Below, piece after piece: positions 51,065 through 61,001 of a stretch of DNA of 64,000 nucleotides. The position numbers and the translations under genes were made by a program. The DNA is taken from positions 2,474 through 66,473 of the forward strand of contig JAKFVN010000006.1 in the NCBI GenBank assembly GCA_021732145.1. Direction: 5' to 3'. The stretch's first letter is position 1. Each line of letters starts with the position of its first letter. The notes below the pieces were generated by a model that saw nothing but the letters and a program-made list of their open reading frames with translations, had not been told where the DNA came from and did not search any database. This stretch comes from Alphaproteobacteria bacterium (GTDB lineage Bacteria; Pseudomonadota; Alphaproteobacteria; UBA9219; RGZA01).

Positions 51065-51802
51065 ATGTCGTTTATTGGCGAAGAGCTGAAAGAACTGCCC
51101 TTTTATCTAACGCGGCCAAGCCCTTGCCCCTATCTGGATGGGCAGGTGGAGCAGAAGATTTTTACCCGGCTTTTGGGAAATGGCCCGTCTGACTACCTGC
51201 TTACCAGCCAATTAACGCCTTTTGGCTTCCGCCGCAGCCAGAGCATTATATATAGGCCTGCCTGCCCGACCTGCATGGCCTGCGTTCCCGTACGCATCAA
51301 GGCGAATGAATTTGCCCTCACCCGTAACCTAAAACGCATCCACGCCAAAAACCGTGATTTGACGACGAAGGTGATTTCAACCAGCGAAGCCGAACCGCTG
51401 TTTGAATTATTCAGCGCATACCAAAACGCGCGGCATAATCAGGGCGACATGGCGCAAATGCAATTGCCTGATTTTACCGCGATGATGCATGAAGGCAGCG
51501 AAAACAGCGCCTTGCTATGCCTGCACGACAAAGCGGGCATTACGGTTGGCGCAATGCTGATGGACAAATTGGCGGGCGGCACATCTGCGGTTTACAGCTT
51601 TTTTGACCCTGAGCTGGATAAACGCAGCCTTGGCAGCGAATTGATTATTCGCTTGGTTGAAGAAACGAAAAACCAACGGTTGGAATTCGTGTATCTGGGG
51701 TATTGGATTAAGCAATCGCGCAAGATGGCGTATAAGGCGCGCTTTCCTGCGCTGCAATGCCTCACCGCGAATGGCTGGGAAGATTTTGTTCCTGAGGATT
51801 AG
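51065..51802 (+). CDS. bpt: Ate/Bpt family aminoacyl-tRNA-protein transferase
   Basis: PCPYL.G..E.K.F, GFRRSQ...YRPAC..C.AC, SAVYSFFDP, YLGYWI..S.KM.YK. Confidence 0.9.
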   Translation: MSFIGEELKELPFYLTRPSPCPYLDGQVEQKIFTRLLGNGPSDYLLTSQLTPFGFRRSQSIIYRPACPTCMACVPVRIKANEFALTRNLKRIHAKNRDLTTKVISTSEAEPLFELFSAYQNARHNQGDMAQMQLPDFTAMMHEGSENSALLCLHDKAGITVGAMLMDKLAGGTSAVYSFFDPELDKRSLGSELIIRLVEETKNQRLEFVYLGYWIKQSRKMAYKARFPALQCLTANGWEDFVPED

Positions 51803-54051
51803 GCAGGCTTGGTTTCAGTTGCGATAACCGTTGCCGTTTTTGAATCCAGTTGTTGCCGGTTTTCACCCTGCAATGCCATATCAATCGTTTTTTGAACGCT
51901 GATGGGGTACGGAATATCGATGCCCGCCTTATCAAACGCGGCTTTTAAGCGCAGCATATATTCGCGCTTGATCGCCCATTGCTTCTGGCCATCGGTTTTC
52001 ATGCGCGCGCGCATGGCAATGGATGATGCATCAAAACGCTCAATCCCGAAGATTTCCATCGCTTCGTAGATATAACGCGTATAGGCCTGATCTTTGCGCA
52101 TGACATCGGCAACCTGCTTCATTATTTCCATGACTTGCTTCAAATCGGCATCATAGCCAACGCCCACATCAACCAGGACATAGGCATAATTTTTGGTCTG
52201 GTTGACAATGCTGGTCACTTCACTGAAGGGGATGGAATGCACATGGCCTGTTATATCGCGCAATCGAAGCGTACGGATGGTGAAGCTTTCGACAACGCCT
52301 GAATGTTCCCCGACCTTCACGACATCACCTATGGAAATGGTATCTTCAAGAAGGATAAAGAGGCCGGTGATAAAGTCTTTTACAAGGGTTTGCGCACCGA
52401 ACCCCACCGCCAAGCCGATGATACCAGCACCCGCAAGAAGCGGCGTGATATTAAGCCCGAATTCGGAAAGGATAATGAAGCTCGCAATGATAATCAGCGT
52501 TGCATGCGATGCATAGCGGACAAGCGGCAACAGTGTGCGCATGCGCGCACTGCGTTCAATGCAACGGCCATGCGCATCTTCGCCTTGCAAATACCGATCC
52601 ACGCCGTTGCTGACAAACTCCCACGCCACAATAACAATGAACAAGGTAATCATGATGGAAACGGCAGACGAGAGAACCTTCTTGCCGATGGGCGATGCAA
52701 ACCATGCCGCTGTATCAAAGCCCCATGCACTTAAAATAATGAACGTGCCGATAATCCAGGCAAACGCCTTTACCACCCGATCCAGAATGGGAAGATATGA
52801 ATTGGTACGCTGCTCAAGAAACGGGTACTGGCGTTTTAATTCCTCGGGCAGCGCAAAGCCCTTCTCCACCAGGTGGTTAATACTGGAAAGAATAAACCGG
52901 AACAGGATAAACGTCACAAGCGTGATCAGCGTCGCCTTAATCAGCGTCGTAAAGCCCTGCTCAATATCCAGCGCGGCAATCACATAGCCGATCACCAGAT
53001 AGACAATCGCCAGCACGTGCCACACATCGGCAACGCGTTCCCGCGTGGATTGAACAAATCCTGACTGCTGTTCCTTGTGCTTGCCACGCAGCCAGCTTGA
53101 AACCTGCGCGCGGTTTTGCAGAACAATAATCACCACCATCAAGGTAATCATCAATCCGATGAAGGACGAGAATGCATGGACAGATCCCTTTGGCACATCC
53201 AGATACAGCGCGGCTTGCGACAGGAAGAAGCCGAATACGATGAAGGCCGATAAACGCGTGCACCATACGAACAGATAGGCCGCGCTTTCATCTGCCAGCG
53301 GCAGGAAGCGCAACCGTGGCGCACGTTCCGCGAAAATCATTTGCAATACCCATGTAATCACATGCTGCACAATGAAGGCATCAAGGAAAGCCACCATCGC
53401 CTTGGCCGGCTTGGGTTCAAGCTCGAACACACCAAGCGTAAACAGTGCCGCGGCCGTGAACCCGATGACCGGCAGCAATGATAAGAGATGGTAGCCAAAA
53501 AATGCACCCAGCTTGGAGGGCAGGTTATTGAAATTCAATTCAGCAAGCATGCGGCGTGGACGGCGCAAAAACAGCTTCACGATATATTTGGCAATCAGCC
53601 CTGCCATGATGGCTGCTGCGGCCTGCGCAAAGAAATTAAGCCATGCCGCGCGTGCCTCCTCGCTATCAAACTGCTTTTGCAGCCATTTGGATATCTGCGG
53701 TAAATCGGCAAAGCTTCTCACGATCATCGTAAAGGTCGAGCTTGCCGCTGTCATCGAATTGGTGATGGCATCAAGCGCCTGAACACTGGGCACGGCAGGT
53801 TGTTTACTTGTTGCATCGGTTGAGGCGGTGGCGGCTCTTAATGCCTTCAGCTTATTGAGGAACGCGTCACGCTCTGCCTGGTTTTCCAAGGTCTGAATGA
53901 CCGTGTTGATCTGCTCATCGGTCAGCTTGGTGTCATTCTTTTTCAACGCCTCTTCTACTTTTTGCGCAACCGCAGGCCCGGACGGCAATTGCGCAACCGC
54001 AGGCGCGCCGAATGATAAAACCAGCAGAAGGATAAGTGGAAGGTACCGCAT
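51799..54051 (-). CDS. large MscS-family mechanosensitive channel (YbiO-like)
   Basis: Signal peptide, many TM helices, PLLAGAGIIGLAVGFGAQTLVKDF.TG, GDVV.VG..SG.VE, G.VH.IPF. Confidence 0.93.
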   Translation of the reverse strand: MRYLPLILLLVLSFGAPAVAQLPSGPAVAQKVEEALKKNDTKLTDEQINTVIQTLENQAERDAFLNKLKALRAATASTDATSKQPAVPSVQALDAITNSMTAASSTFTMIVRSFADLPQISKWLQKQFDSEEARAAWLNFFAQAAAAIMAGLIAKYIVKLFLRRPRRMLAELNFNNLPSKLGAFFGYHLLSLLPVIGFTAAALFTLGVFELEPKPAKAMVAFLDAFIVQHVITWVLQMIFAERAPRLRFLPLADESAAYLFVWCTRLSAFIVFGFFLSQAALYLDVPKGSVHAFSSFIGLMITLMVVIIVLQNRAQVSSWLRGKHKEQQSGFVQSTRERVADVWHVLAIVYLVIGYVIAALDIEQGFTTLIKATLITLVTFILFRFILSSINHLVEKGFALPEELKRQYPFLEQRTNSYLPILDRVVKAFAWIIGTFIILSAWGFDTAAWFASPIGKKVLSSAVSIMITLFIVIVAWEFVSNGVDRYLQGEDAHGRCIERSARMRTLLPLVRYASHATLIIIASFIILSEFGLNITPLLAGAGIIGLAVGFGAQTLVKDFITGLFILLEDTISIGDVVKVGEHSGVVESFTIRTLRLRDITGHVHSIPFSEVTSIVNQTKNYAYVLVDVGVGYDADLKQVMEIMKQVADVMRKDQAYTRYIYEAMEIFGIERFDASSIAMRARMKTDGQKQWAIKREYMLRLKAAFDKAGIDIPYPISVQKTIDMALQGENRQQLDSKTATVIATETKPA

Positions 54052-54074
54052 GAATGATAATACGCTGTATAGGG

Positions 54075-54413
54075 TTAGATGGCGGCTGCGCCACGTTCTT
54101 GGGTGCTGATGCGCACCACCTGTTCAATGTTGTAAACAAAGATTTTGCCATCGCCCACTTTACCGCTGCCGGCGGATTTCAAAATGGTGTCCACAACGGC
54201 ATCGACCTGGCTATCTTCCACTGCAATGTCAAATTTTACTTTGTTAACGAAACTGGTCGCGGCTTCCGCGCCCACATACATTTCCGAATTGCCTTTTTGG
54301 CGGCCATAGCCGCGCACATCCGTCACGGTCATGCCATGCACGCCCATTTCATTGAGCGCTTCACGCACTTCGGTAAGCTTGAAAGGCTTAATGACGGCAA
54401 TAATCATCTTCAT
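54075..54413 (-). CDS. P-II family regulator, divergent T-loop (Tyr51->Ala)
   Basis: MK.I.AVIKPFKL..VREAL, GYGRQKG, G.VGDGKIFV; 112 aa. Confidence 0.93.
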   Translation of the reverse strand: MKMIIAVIKPFKLTEVREALNEMGVHGMTVTDVRGYGRQKGNSEMYVGAEAATSFVNKVKFDIAVEDSQVDAVVDTILKSAGSGKVGDGKIFVYNIEQVVRISTQERGAAAI

Positions 54414-54510
54414 GTAAGGGCTCCGGCAATCGTGATGTCTGGTATGAAATTCTGTGTTGTATATCCAGTGAATTGGCCTAAATTATAGCAATCATTTGAA
54501 CCGGTCAATT

Positions 54511-55875
54511 ATGCGTAAAACAAGCGAAAAACAAAAAAAACAGCACGATGTCATCATCGCGGGCGGCGGCCTTGCGGGGCTTGTCATGGCAGCGCGGCTT
54601 GGCAGCGCCGGGCTTGACGTAGCGGTGGTTGAACGCATTGCCCAGGCCAACATGACCAGCACCGCCTTTGATGGCCGCTCCACCGCCATTGCCTATGGCT
54701 CCGCCAGAATTCTCGATGCATGCGGTGTGTGGAATAAAATTAAAGATACCACCTGTCCGATTGATGATATTCGCGTCGCCGACCAACGCAGCGCCCTGAC
54801 ACTGGATTTCGAAAGTAAGGACGTATTTTTATGCGATGCCTCTGCGCCAAATGGCGCAACCGGCCCTGCTAAGGACGTATTTTTATGCGATGCCTCTGCG
54901 CCAAATGGCGCAACCGGCCCTGCTAAGGACGTATTTTTATGCGATGCCTCTGCGCCAAATGGCGCAACCGGCCCTGCTGGGGGCGATAAGGCTTTTGGCT
55001 ATATTGTTGAGAACACGGTTTTCAGAACCGCGTTGTTTGAGCGGTTGGCCGAACTAAACAACGTAACGCTCGCCTGCCCAGTTGCCATACAAGCTATTCA
55101 TTATGAAGACGATGCCATAACGCTGGCTTTAGATGATAATTCAACGCTGCGCGCCAGGCTGCTGATTGCGGCGGACGGCAAAAAATCATTCTGCCGCGAG
55201 CATGCGGGCATACAAGCGCGCCATTGGTCATATAACGAAACCGCGCTGGTGGTCACGATTAAGCATACCATGCCGCATCATAATCTGGCGCTGGAATACT
55301 TTTACCCCGGCGGGCCATTCGCTGTGTTACCGATGAGCGATAACCGATCCAGCATCGTATGGACTGAAAAGCCTGATACCGCCGCAGCATTGCACACAAT
55401 GCCGGAAGACGAGTTTATTGGGCTATTGAAAGAACGTGGCTGCGAAAACCTTGGCGGCATTTCGCTGGCAACACCGCGCCAGCAATACCCGCTGCGCTTT
55501 ATGCTGGCAGATAGTTTGCACGCCCCACGCCTTGCCTTGATTGGCGAAGCCGCGCACAGCATGCACCCCGTCGCGGGCCAAGGATTCAATCTAACTGTAC
55601 GCGACATTGGCGTATTGGGCGATTTGATTGAAATGCGTTTCAAAACCGATGGTGATATTGGCGCGGATGAATTGCTGCAACGCTATGATGCTGGGCGGCA
55701 GCTTGACCACTTCACCTTCATGACTGCAACCGATGTACTGGTAAAATTATTCTCAAATAATGTCCTTCCCTTGCGCCTTATCCGCCGCTTTGGCTTAGCG
55801 TTGATTGAGAAAATTCCGCCTGCAAAAAAATTCTTCTCGCGCATGGCGATGGGCTTGATCACCAGCGGTAAATAA
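54511..55875 (+). CDS. UbiH/UbiF/VisC (UbiL-like) FAD-dependent hydroxylase with internal repeat insertion
   Basis: GGGLAG, FDGRSTAI, AADG..S, GPFAVLP, GEAAH.MHP.AGQG.NL. Confidence 0.92.
   Translation: MRKTSEKQKKQHDVIIAGGGLAGLVMAARLGSAGLDVAVVERIAQANMTSTAFDGRSTAIAYGSARILDACGVWNKIKDTTCPIDDIRVADQRSALTLDFESKDVFLCDASAPNGATGPAKDVFLCDASAPNGATGPAKDVFLCDASAPNGATGPAGGDKAFGYIVENTVFRTALFERLAELNNVTLACPVAIQAIHYEDDAITLALDDNSTLRARLLIAADGKKSFCREHAGIQARHWSYNETALVVTIKHTMPHHNLALEYFYPGGPFAVLPMSDNRSSIVWTEKPDTAAALHTMPEDEFIGLLKERGCENLGGISLATPRQQYPLRFMLADSLHAPRLALIGEAAHSMHPVAGQGFNLTVRDIGVLGDLIEMRFKTDGDIGADELLQRYDAGRQLDHFTFMTATDVLVKLFSNNVLPLRLIRRFGLALIEKIPPAKKFFSRMAMGLITSGK
54817..54978 (-). repeat. 3 x 54-bp perfect in-frame tandem repeat containing the REP-like hairpin
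   Basis: AAGGACGTATTTTTATGCGATGCCTCTGCGCCAAATGGCGCAACCGGCCCTGCT at 54817, 54871 and 54925, encoding (KDVFLCDASAPNGATGPA)x3. Confidence 0.95.
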
Positions 55876-56035
55876 TAGCCGCCGCATAATCGGGCCGGGC
55901 AACCAGTCAAGTAACGCCTTGAAATTGTATCGTTATTTTCGAATAACATTGAATCGTCACAATTGGCTATTATGTTCTGCATGCGCGCATCACCACACCC
56001 AAGCTTTAACACGCGCTTCATAGGAGAACAAAAAC

Positions 56036-56773
56036 ATGACGAACAATCCATTCAATCGCGGCGCTGATAGTGCGAGCATTGAACGCCTTGGCATGGACGC
56101 AGGCCTTCGTGCCCATATGCTGCGCATCTATAATTACATGGGATTAGGCGTTGCCATTACCGGTCTCATCGCCTGGCTGATTGGCGAAAACCCGGCGCTG
56201 TACGCACCGTTCTTTAATGAAGTAACGCGTAAAATTTCCATCCTTGGCTATGTCGCCATGTTTGCCCCGCTGGTATTCATGCTGTTCATGGGCGCTGTAT
56301 CGCAGCGTTCATCCGCATCAACCCTGCAAGGCATGTTCTGGCTGTTCTGCGCCCTGATGGGTGTTTCGATGTTTAGCGTCTTCATCATCTTTACAGGCGC
56401 AAGCATTGCAAACACCTTCTTTGTGTCGGCGGGTATGTTTGCTGCAACATCATTGTCGGGATATACGACCAAAGCCGATTTGACCAAATTCGGCAGTTTC
56501 CTGATGATGGCAGTCATTGGCCTGATTATCGCATCCATCGTGAACATCTTCCTGAATTCCACGATGATGCAGTTCATCATCTCTGGCGTTGGCGTGCTGG
56601 TATTCGTGGGCTTGACCGCGTATGACACCCAGCGCATCAAGGACAGCTATTCGGAAAGCTATGGCGCAGAAAGCAACGACAAGCTGGCTATACTGTCGGC
56701 ATTACAGCTTTACCTGAACTTCGTGAACTTGTTCCAGTACATGCTGCAATTCATGGGTAGCCGCAGGAACTAA
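56036..56773 (+). CDS. Bax inhibitor-1/YccA family membrane protein
   Basis: DAGLRAHML.IYNYM, GYTTK.DL..FG.FL.M, GLTAYDTQ.IK, AL.LYL.F.NLF. Confidence 0.93.
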   Translation: MTNNPFNRGADSASIERLGMDAGLRAHMLRIYNYMGLGVAITGLIAWLIGENPALYAPFFNEVTRKISILGYVAMFAPLVFMLFMGAVSQRSSASTLQGMFWLFCALMGVSMFSVFIIFTGASIANTFFVSAGMFAATSLSGYTTKADLTKFGSFLMMAVIGLIIASIVNIFLNSTMMQFIISGVGVLVFVGLTAYDTQRIKDSYSESYGAESNDKLAILSALQLYLNFVNLFQYMLQFMGSRRN

Positions 56774-56794
56774 GCGCTACGCATAACCGATTAT

Positions 56795-56827
56795 AAAACC
56801 GCTCAGCGAAAGCTGGGCGGTTTTTTT
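56795..56827 (+). terminator. intrinsic terminator
   Basis: AAAACCGCTCAGC-GAAA-GCTGGGCGG followed by T7. Confidence 0.9.
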
Positions 56828-56894
56828 ATGACCCATATGCGCTCAAACGCCGCGTAGCTTCGCACCATTTAGGTGCGAGCCGCCCTTGGCGGCC

Positions 56895-58184
56895 TTAATT
56901 CTTATTGATTGATTGCTTGTGCAGCGGCGTTGCCCAGTGCAGCGTATTAAAGCGGTTGCAGGATGCGCAAATGCCCTGCCATTCACCATGCGGCTGCTTG
57001 CAGGATGTGCACACCCATGCTTCATCGGGCGGCGCGGAAACCGCCAGATTTTTCCATTGCGCAACGGCAGCTTTATCATTCGTTTGAACATCTTCGATAT
57101 GCGCCAGCAAATCATAATAATCGCGGCGCGGATGCGCTTCGGCCAATGCCTTGGCATAACTGCGCGCCTGGCCCCAAAGCCCAGCCTTGGTCAATGCGCG
57201 TGCAACAAGGAGTTTTGAGCCCGGATTGGCCAGATTGCTGTTGGCCAGTTTTTCGGCGGCTTGCGCTTTCTGCAAATCGCTGCGGCCGGTTTTCAAGCTT
57301 AAGTATAAATCGCCCAGCTGTTCATGCCCGCAATGCGGCCATGCGCGTTCAATGAGCGCCGCGGCTTCCTTTGCCTTATCCTGCTTTGCCAGCGCCCTGG
57401 CAGATGTCAGCACCGTTGGCACCCAGTGGGGGTGCATGCGGTCAGCCTGGAGAGTCATTTCAAATGCCTGCGTCGGGTGATTATGTTCCAGCGCTTCGCG
57501 CGCGCGTTCGGTCAGCAATGCCGCCTTGGTATCGCGCCATTCCTTGCGCGGCATGCTGTGGTGAACGCGAAGCTGTTCCAGTGTCTGCATCGCCTTTTCC
57601 CAGCTGCGCTGACGCACCAGCACTTCGAATAACAGTTTTTTGGCAAGCGGCAGTTGTGGATGCTTTTCGGCAAAGCTGGTGGCGGCTTGCAATGCCTCAC
57701 CCTGCTTGTTGTCGCGCAAATGCTGTTCAATGATTTGCTTCCACGCATAGGGCGAACTGGTTTCGGCCACCGCGCTGGTGGTGGGTTCCTCTGCCTGCTG
57801 CCCTACATGCGATTTCACAAGATCAACAATCTGCGATGGGCCAAGCAGCTTTTCAGCCTTGCGCAGGAACTTCACGCCCTTGCCTTTTTTCTGCTCGGAA
57901 AACGCGCCAATCGCATCGGTAAGCATTTTTTGACCCAGGCGCTGCTGGCGCAAATGGGTGTGCATGCGGTAAAGGCGCGGCGTATTGCGGATGGCCGCAA
58001 TGGTCTTTGCGGTTTTATAGGAAATGACAACCAGCAGCGCCACAACGCCCAACGCAAGCGCAGCCGATGTTTCAATAACACTGTCTTTCCATTCAAAGGT
58101 AATCCGGCCCGCACGCTCCGCCACCCATACGGCGACAAAGACAACCAGAATGATCTTTAAAAGGAATACGAGTAATCTAATCAA
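56895..58184 (-). CDS. HemY-like TPR membrane protein
   Basis: N-terminal TM with G.I...W...VIETS, TPR-like helices, C-terminal D.AWVC..C....WQ..C..C..F.TL.W; lies in hemC-hemD-COG4223 order. Confidence 0.85.
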   Translation of the reverse strand: MIRLLVFLLKIILVVFVAVWVAERAGRITFEWKDSVIETSAALALGVVALLVVISYKTAKTIAAIRNTPRLYRMHTHLRQQRLGQKMLTDAIGAFSEQKKGKGVKFLRKAEKLLGPSQIVDLVKSHVGQQAEEPTTSAVAETSSPYAWKQIIEQHLRDNKQGEALQAATSFAEKHPQLPLAKKLLFEVLVRQRSWEKAMQTLEQLRVHHSMPRKEWRDTKAALLTERAREALEHNHPTQAFEMTLQADRMHPHWVPTVLTSARALAKQDKAKEAAALIERAWPHCGHEQLGDLYLSLKTGRSDLQKAQAAEKLANSNLANPGSKLLVARALTKAGLWGQARSYAKALAEAHPRRDYYDLLAHIEDVQTNDKAAVAQWKNLAVSAPPDEAWVCTSCKQPHGEWQGICASCNRFNTLHWATPLHKQSINKN

Positions 58185-59305
58185 TGGACGGGTTCCTCAG
58201 ATACTTTTTCTGGCGCTTTCTTTACCGCAGGTTTTTCTGCTGGCGCAGCAACGGAGGCTGGTGCTGGCGGTTCGGCAACGGGAATGCCGACATCCTTTAA
58301 ATCATTTAAAACGAGATGTTGCAGGGCATTCACTGCTTCTTCGGTCAATGCGCGGTCACGCAGTTTTTCCTGCCAGCTTGCAAAATCCTTTGGCAGTTGC
58401 GCGGGGTTTTTCTCGGTAAAGGTTGAAGCAATACTGGTCGCCCTTGGCCAGTCGCCGGTTACGATGGCCGTTTGCAATTCATCCAGTGATTTGCCGATGG
58501 GGGTTCCATCATCCACCTGCCCGCTTTTTTTGCGCACCACGACCAGCTTTTGCAACTGGATGCCGATTTTATCCATCAGGCCATCGGCCTTATCGAGTTT
58601 CTCCCGCGCAAGGAAATCAGGCGCGAGTGCATGAAGGCCGTTTAGTAATGCAGTGTCGGATGCCAGTGGCTTATCAAAGCCTTTCAGCATATTATAAGCG
58701 TGCGCTGATGTTTCATTGGGAATGATGGTCGCTTCCAGTTCCTTCACATCATTCTGGAAGGATAAACCCAGCTGTGCCTTGCGCGTAATGCGTTCCAGCA
58801 CCGATAACGCGGCGATGTTCTTTGATTTGGCCAGCAGTTCCGCCTTGATGTGCTGGCGCAGTTCCGCGTTTTGCTTTTCCCAATCCGCCATTTTGATATT
58901 TACGGCAGCGGCCGTGCCGGAAAGCTCCGCTGTATCCTTTGCTGGCGCTGGCATTTCATTCAGCTTTTGCGCCAGCGCATCCAATTGCTTTTTGAACGTG
59001 TCATTCATTACCGTCAGGGTGTTTTCCTGCGCCTTTAAGCGGCTTGCCATATCGCTCGATGAGTTTTCGGTCATCAATGGCGACACCACCTTGCCTTCGC
59101 GTACATCGGCGGTTGACCACAGTTGATAGCCGGAAATGCCCAGCGCAAGCAGCGAGAAAATAAATGCAATTGTCGCGCGTGTCGTGCCGGCGACATGCGG
59201 CGACTTCGGATTAATCGTTGAATCGGATTTCATCAGCGAGGAGCTGGTGGAGGGTTCGTTGGTCATGCGTGGCACCGGTTTATGCAACTGGGTTGTATCA
59301 ATCAC
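58181..59305 (-). CDS. COG4223 / mitofilin (Mic60-like) membrane protein
   Basis: Single TM, long coiled coil, LVVVRK motif, W....R.R C-terminal helix; position between hemD and hemY. Confidence 0.75.
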   Translation of the reverse strand: MIDTTQLHKPVPRMTNEPSTSSSLMKSDSTINPKSPHVAGTTRATIAFIFSLLALGISGYQLWSTADVREGKVVSPLMTENSSSDMASRLKAQENTLTVMNDTFKKQLDALAQKLNEMPAPAKDTAELSGTAAAVNIKMADWEKQNAELRQHIKAELLAKSKNIAALSVLERITRKAQLGLSFQNDVKELEATIIPNETSAHAYNMLKGFDKPLASDTALLNGLHALAPDFLAREKLDKADGLMDKIGIQLQKLVVVRKKSGQVDDGTPIGKSLDELQTAIVTGDWPRATSIASTFTEKNPAQLPKDFASWQEKLRDRALTEEAVNALQHLVLNDLKDVGIPVAEPPAPASVAAPAEKPAVKKAPEKVSEEPVH

Positions 59306-59323
59306 CCCACTAGCATGTGGCTT

Positions 59324-60052
59324 TCAAAGGCCTTTTGCAAGACAATCCCTTAAACAATCCATCATCGCCTGATGGGTGGGCGATTTTGCAACGAAAACCG
59401 ATTTCCATGCGGTTTTATCAAGCGATGCAGCAATGCTGTCGCTCAAGCAAAATGCGCGAAGGCGTTTGGTATTTCCCTGTAGCCCAGCCGCTGTTATGAG
59501 GGTATTGAAAATATCCGCCGTGCGCGCGGAATAAAACAACACGCCCGCCAGTTTGCTTTGCTCCAAGGCATTCAATGTTGCCGCATCAAACTGCTTTACC
59601 GCATTGGCGGTATAGACCAGACGCTGGTCAATGCCAAAACCTGCATCCAGTAACGGCTCATAAAATTCGGTATGCGCATGTTCCGATGTAATATGCAGCA
59701 GCGCGCCTGCATTTGGTTGCACCGATGCCTTGATAAGGCGTGGCAAATCAGCGGATTGCTCAGCGGTGGCGGCGATATTTTTAAAGCCTGCCGCCTTGAA
59801 CAGGGCTGCGGTTTCCTTGCCTACAATAAACATCGGCAATGTTTCGGCGTTTTCCAGCGCTTTGATGCCCACCAGCGCATTGCGGCTGGTAATAATCAGG
59901 GCAGATGTGGTTGCAGAAATGGGTTCCACGCCCGTAATCGGCTGAATATCCATCATCGGGTCAAGCAATGTACTGGCCCCCAGCGCTTCCACATCCTTTT
60001 GCGTTGCGGCGGCATGTTCAATCGCGCGGGTGATAAGAATAACTGGTTTCAT
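59324..60052 (-). CDS. hemD: uroporphyrinogen-III synthase
   Basis: ILITR, ITSRNA, VG..TA, VY.A, LFYS.RTA, CLS; directly after hemC. Confidence 0.92.
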   Translation of the reverse strand: MKPVILITRAIEHAAATQKDVEALGASTLLDPMMDIQPITGVEPISATTSALIITSRNALVGIKALENAETLPMFIVGKETAALFKAAGFKNIAATAEQSADLPRLIKASVQPNAGALLHITSEHAHTEFYEPLLDAGFGIDQRLVYTANAVKQFDAATLNALEQSKLAGVLFYSARTADIFNTLITAAGLQGNTKRLRAFCLSDSIAASLDKTAWKSVFVAKSPTHQAMMDCLRDCLAKGL

Positions 60053-60053
60053 A

Positions 60054-61001
60054 TTATTCCGGTAAGATGCCTGCGGGAACCTGTTTGCGTAATGCGCGGC
60101 CAACTTCGCGGCCAAGGCTTACCGCATCGCTGACAACGGCATATTGCTGGCTTTGCCACATGCCCTTGCCGTCGGGGTGCGCAACAAGACCTTGCAGCAG
60201 CAAGCCATCGGCATTATGCACTGCAAGCCCCGCGATGGGGGTGTGGCATGAACCATCCAAGACTTCCAGCATGGCGCGTTCTGCCACCATGGATGACATG
60301 GTTTTGGCGCAATTGATGACGCTAAGGTTGCTGCGAATGCTGTCATCGGTGGCGCGGATTTCAAGGCCGATAATCCCCTGTGCAACCGCAGGCAAAATGC
60401 TGGTCGTATCCAGAATGGCGTTGGCACGTGATGCAAGCCCAATGCGTTTCAACCCCGCATGGGCAAGCAATGTGGCATCCACCTGCCCGGCTTCCAGCTT
60501 TTTAATGCGCGTTTCGATATTGCCGCGCAGTGGCACGACCTTTAAGTCAGGGCGCTTGTTCAACATCTGCGCCTGGCGGCGAAGGCTGGATGTACCCACC
60601 ACCGCGCCTGCCGGCAGCGCATCAAGGCTATCAATGCCATTGGTAATCAGCACATCGCGCGGATCTTCGCGCGTCAGCGTGGCTGCGATTTCAAGGCCTT
60701 TGGGCAGCCATGTCGGCACGTCCTTCATCGAATGCACCGCAATGTCGATGCGGTTTTCCAACAGCGCTTCTTCCAATTCCTTGGTGAACAGGCCTTTGCC
60801 GCCTACATCCACCAGCCGTTCGTCCTTGCTGCCAAGCACATGATCGCCGGAGGCTTTTAGCACCACGATTTCAACAGCCGCAGAATCATTTAATTCGGGA
60901 TAATGCTTGCGCAGCTGGGTTAGCACCGTTTGCGTTTGCGCCAATGCCAATGGACTTGAACGCGTGCCGAGGCGTAATACTTTTGAAAATCGATTCTGCA
61001 T
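60054..61001 (-). CDS. hemC: hydroxymethylbilane synthase
   Basis: GTR.SPLALAQ, GGKGLFTKELE, VHSMKDVP, GTSSLRR, RGN..TR, L.GSC.TPI; start ATG 61001. Confidence 0.97.
   Translation of the reverse strand: MQNRFSKVLRLGTRSSPLALAQTQTVLTQLRKHYPELNDSAAVEIVVLKASGDHVLGSKDERLVDVGGKGLFTKELEEALLENRIDIAVHSMKDVPTWLPKGLEIAATLTREDPRDVLITNGIDSLDALPAGAVVGTSSLRRQAQMLNKRPDLKVVPLRGNIETRIKKLEAGQVDATLLAHAGLKRIGLASRANAILDTTSILPAVAQGIIGLEIRATDDSIRSNLSVINCAKTMSSMVAERAMLEVLDGSCHTPIAGLAVHNADGLLLQGLVAHPDGKGMWQSQQYAVVSDAVSLGREVGRALRKQVPAGILPE

Noticed and set aside
53962-54004. TTGCGCAACCGCAGG direct repeat as another REP copy
   Set aside because: Lacks the hairpin and tail; simply encodes PAVAQ twice around the MscS signal peptide
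54817-54978. CRISPR-like array or pseudogenising insertion
   Set aside because: Units are contiguous with no spacers and preserve the reading frame; all hydroxylase motifs remain
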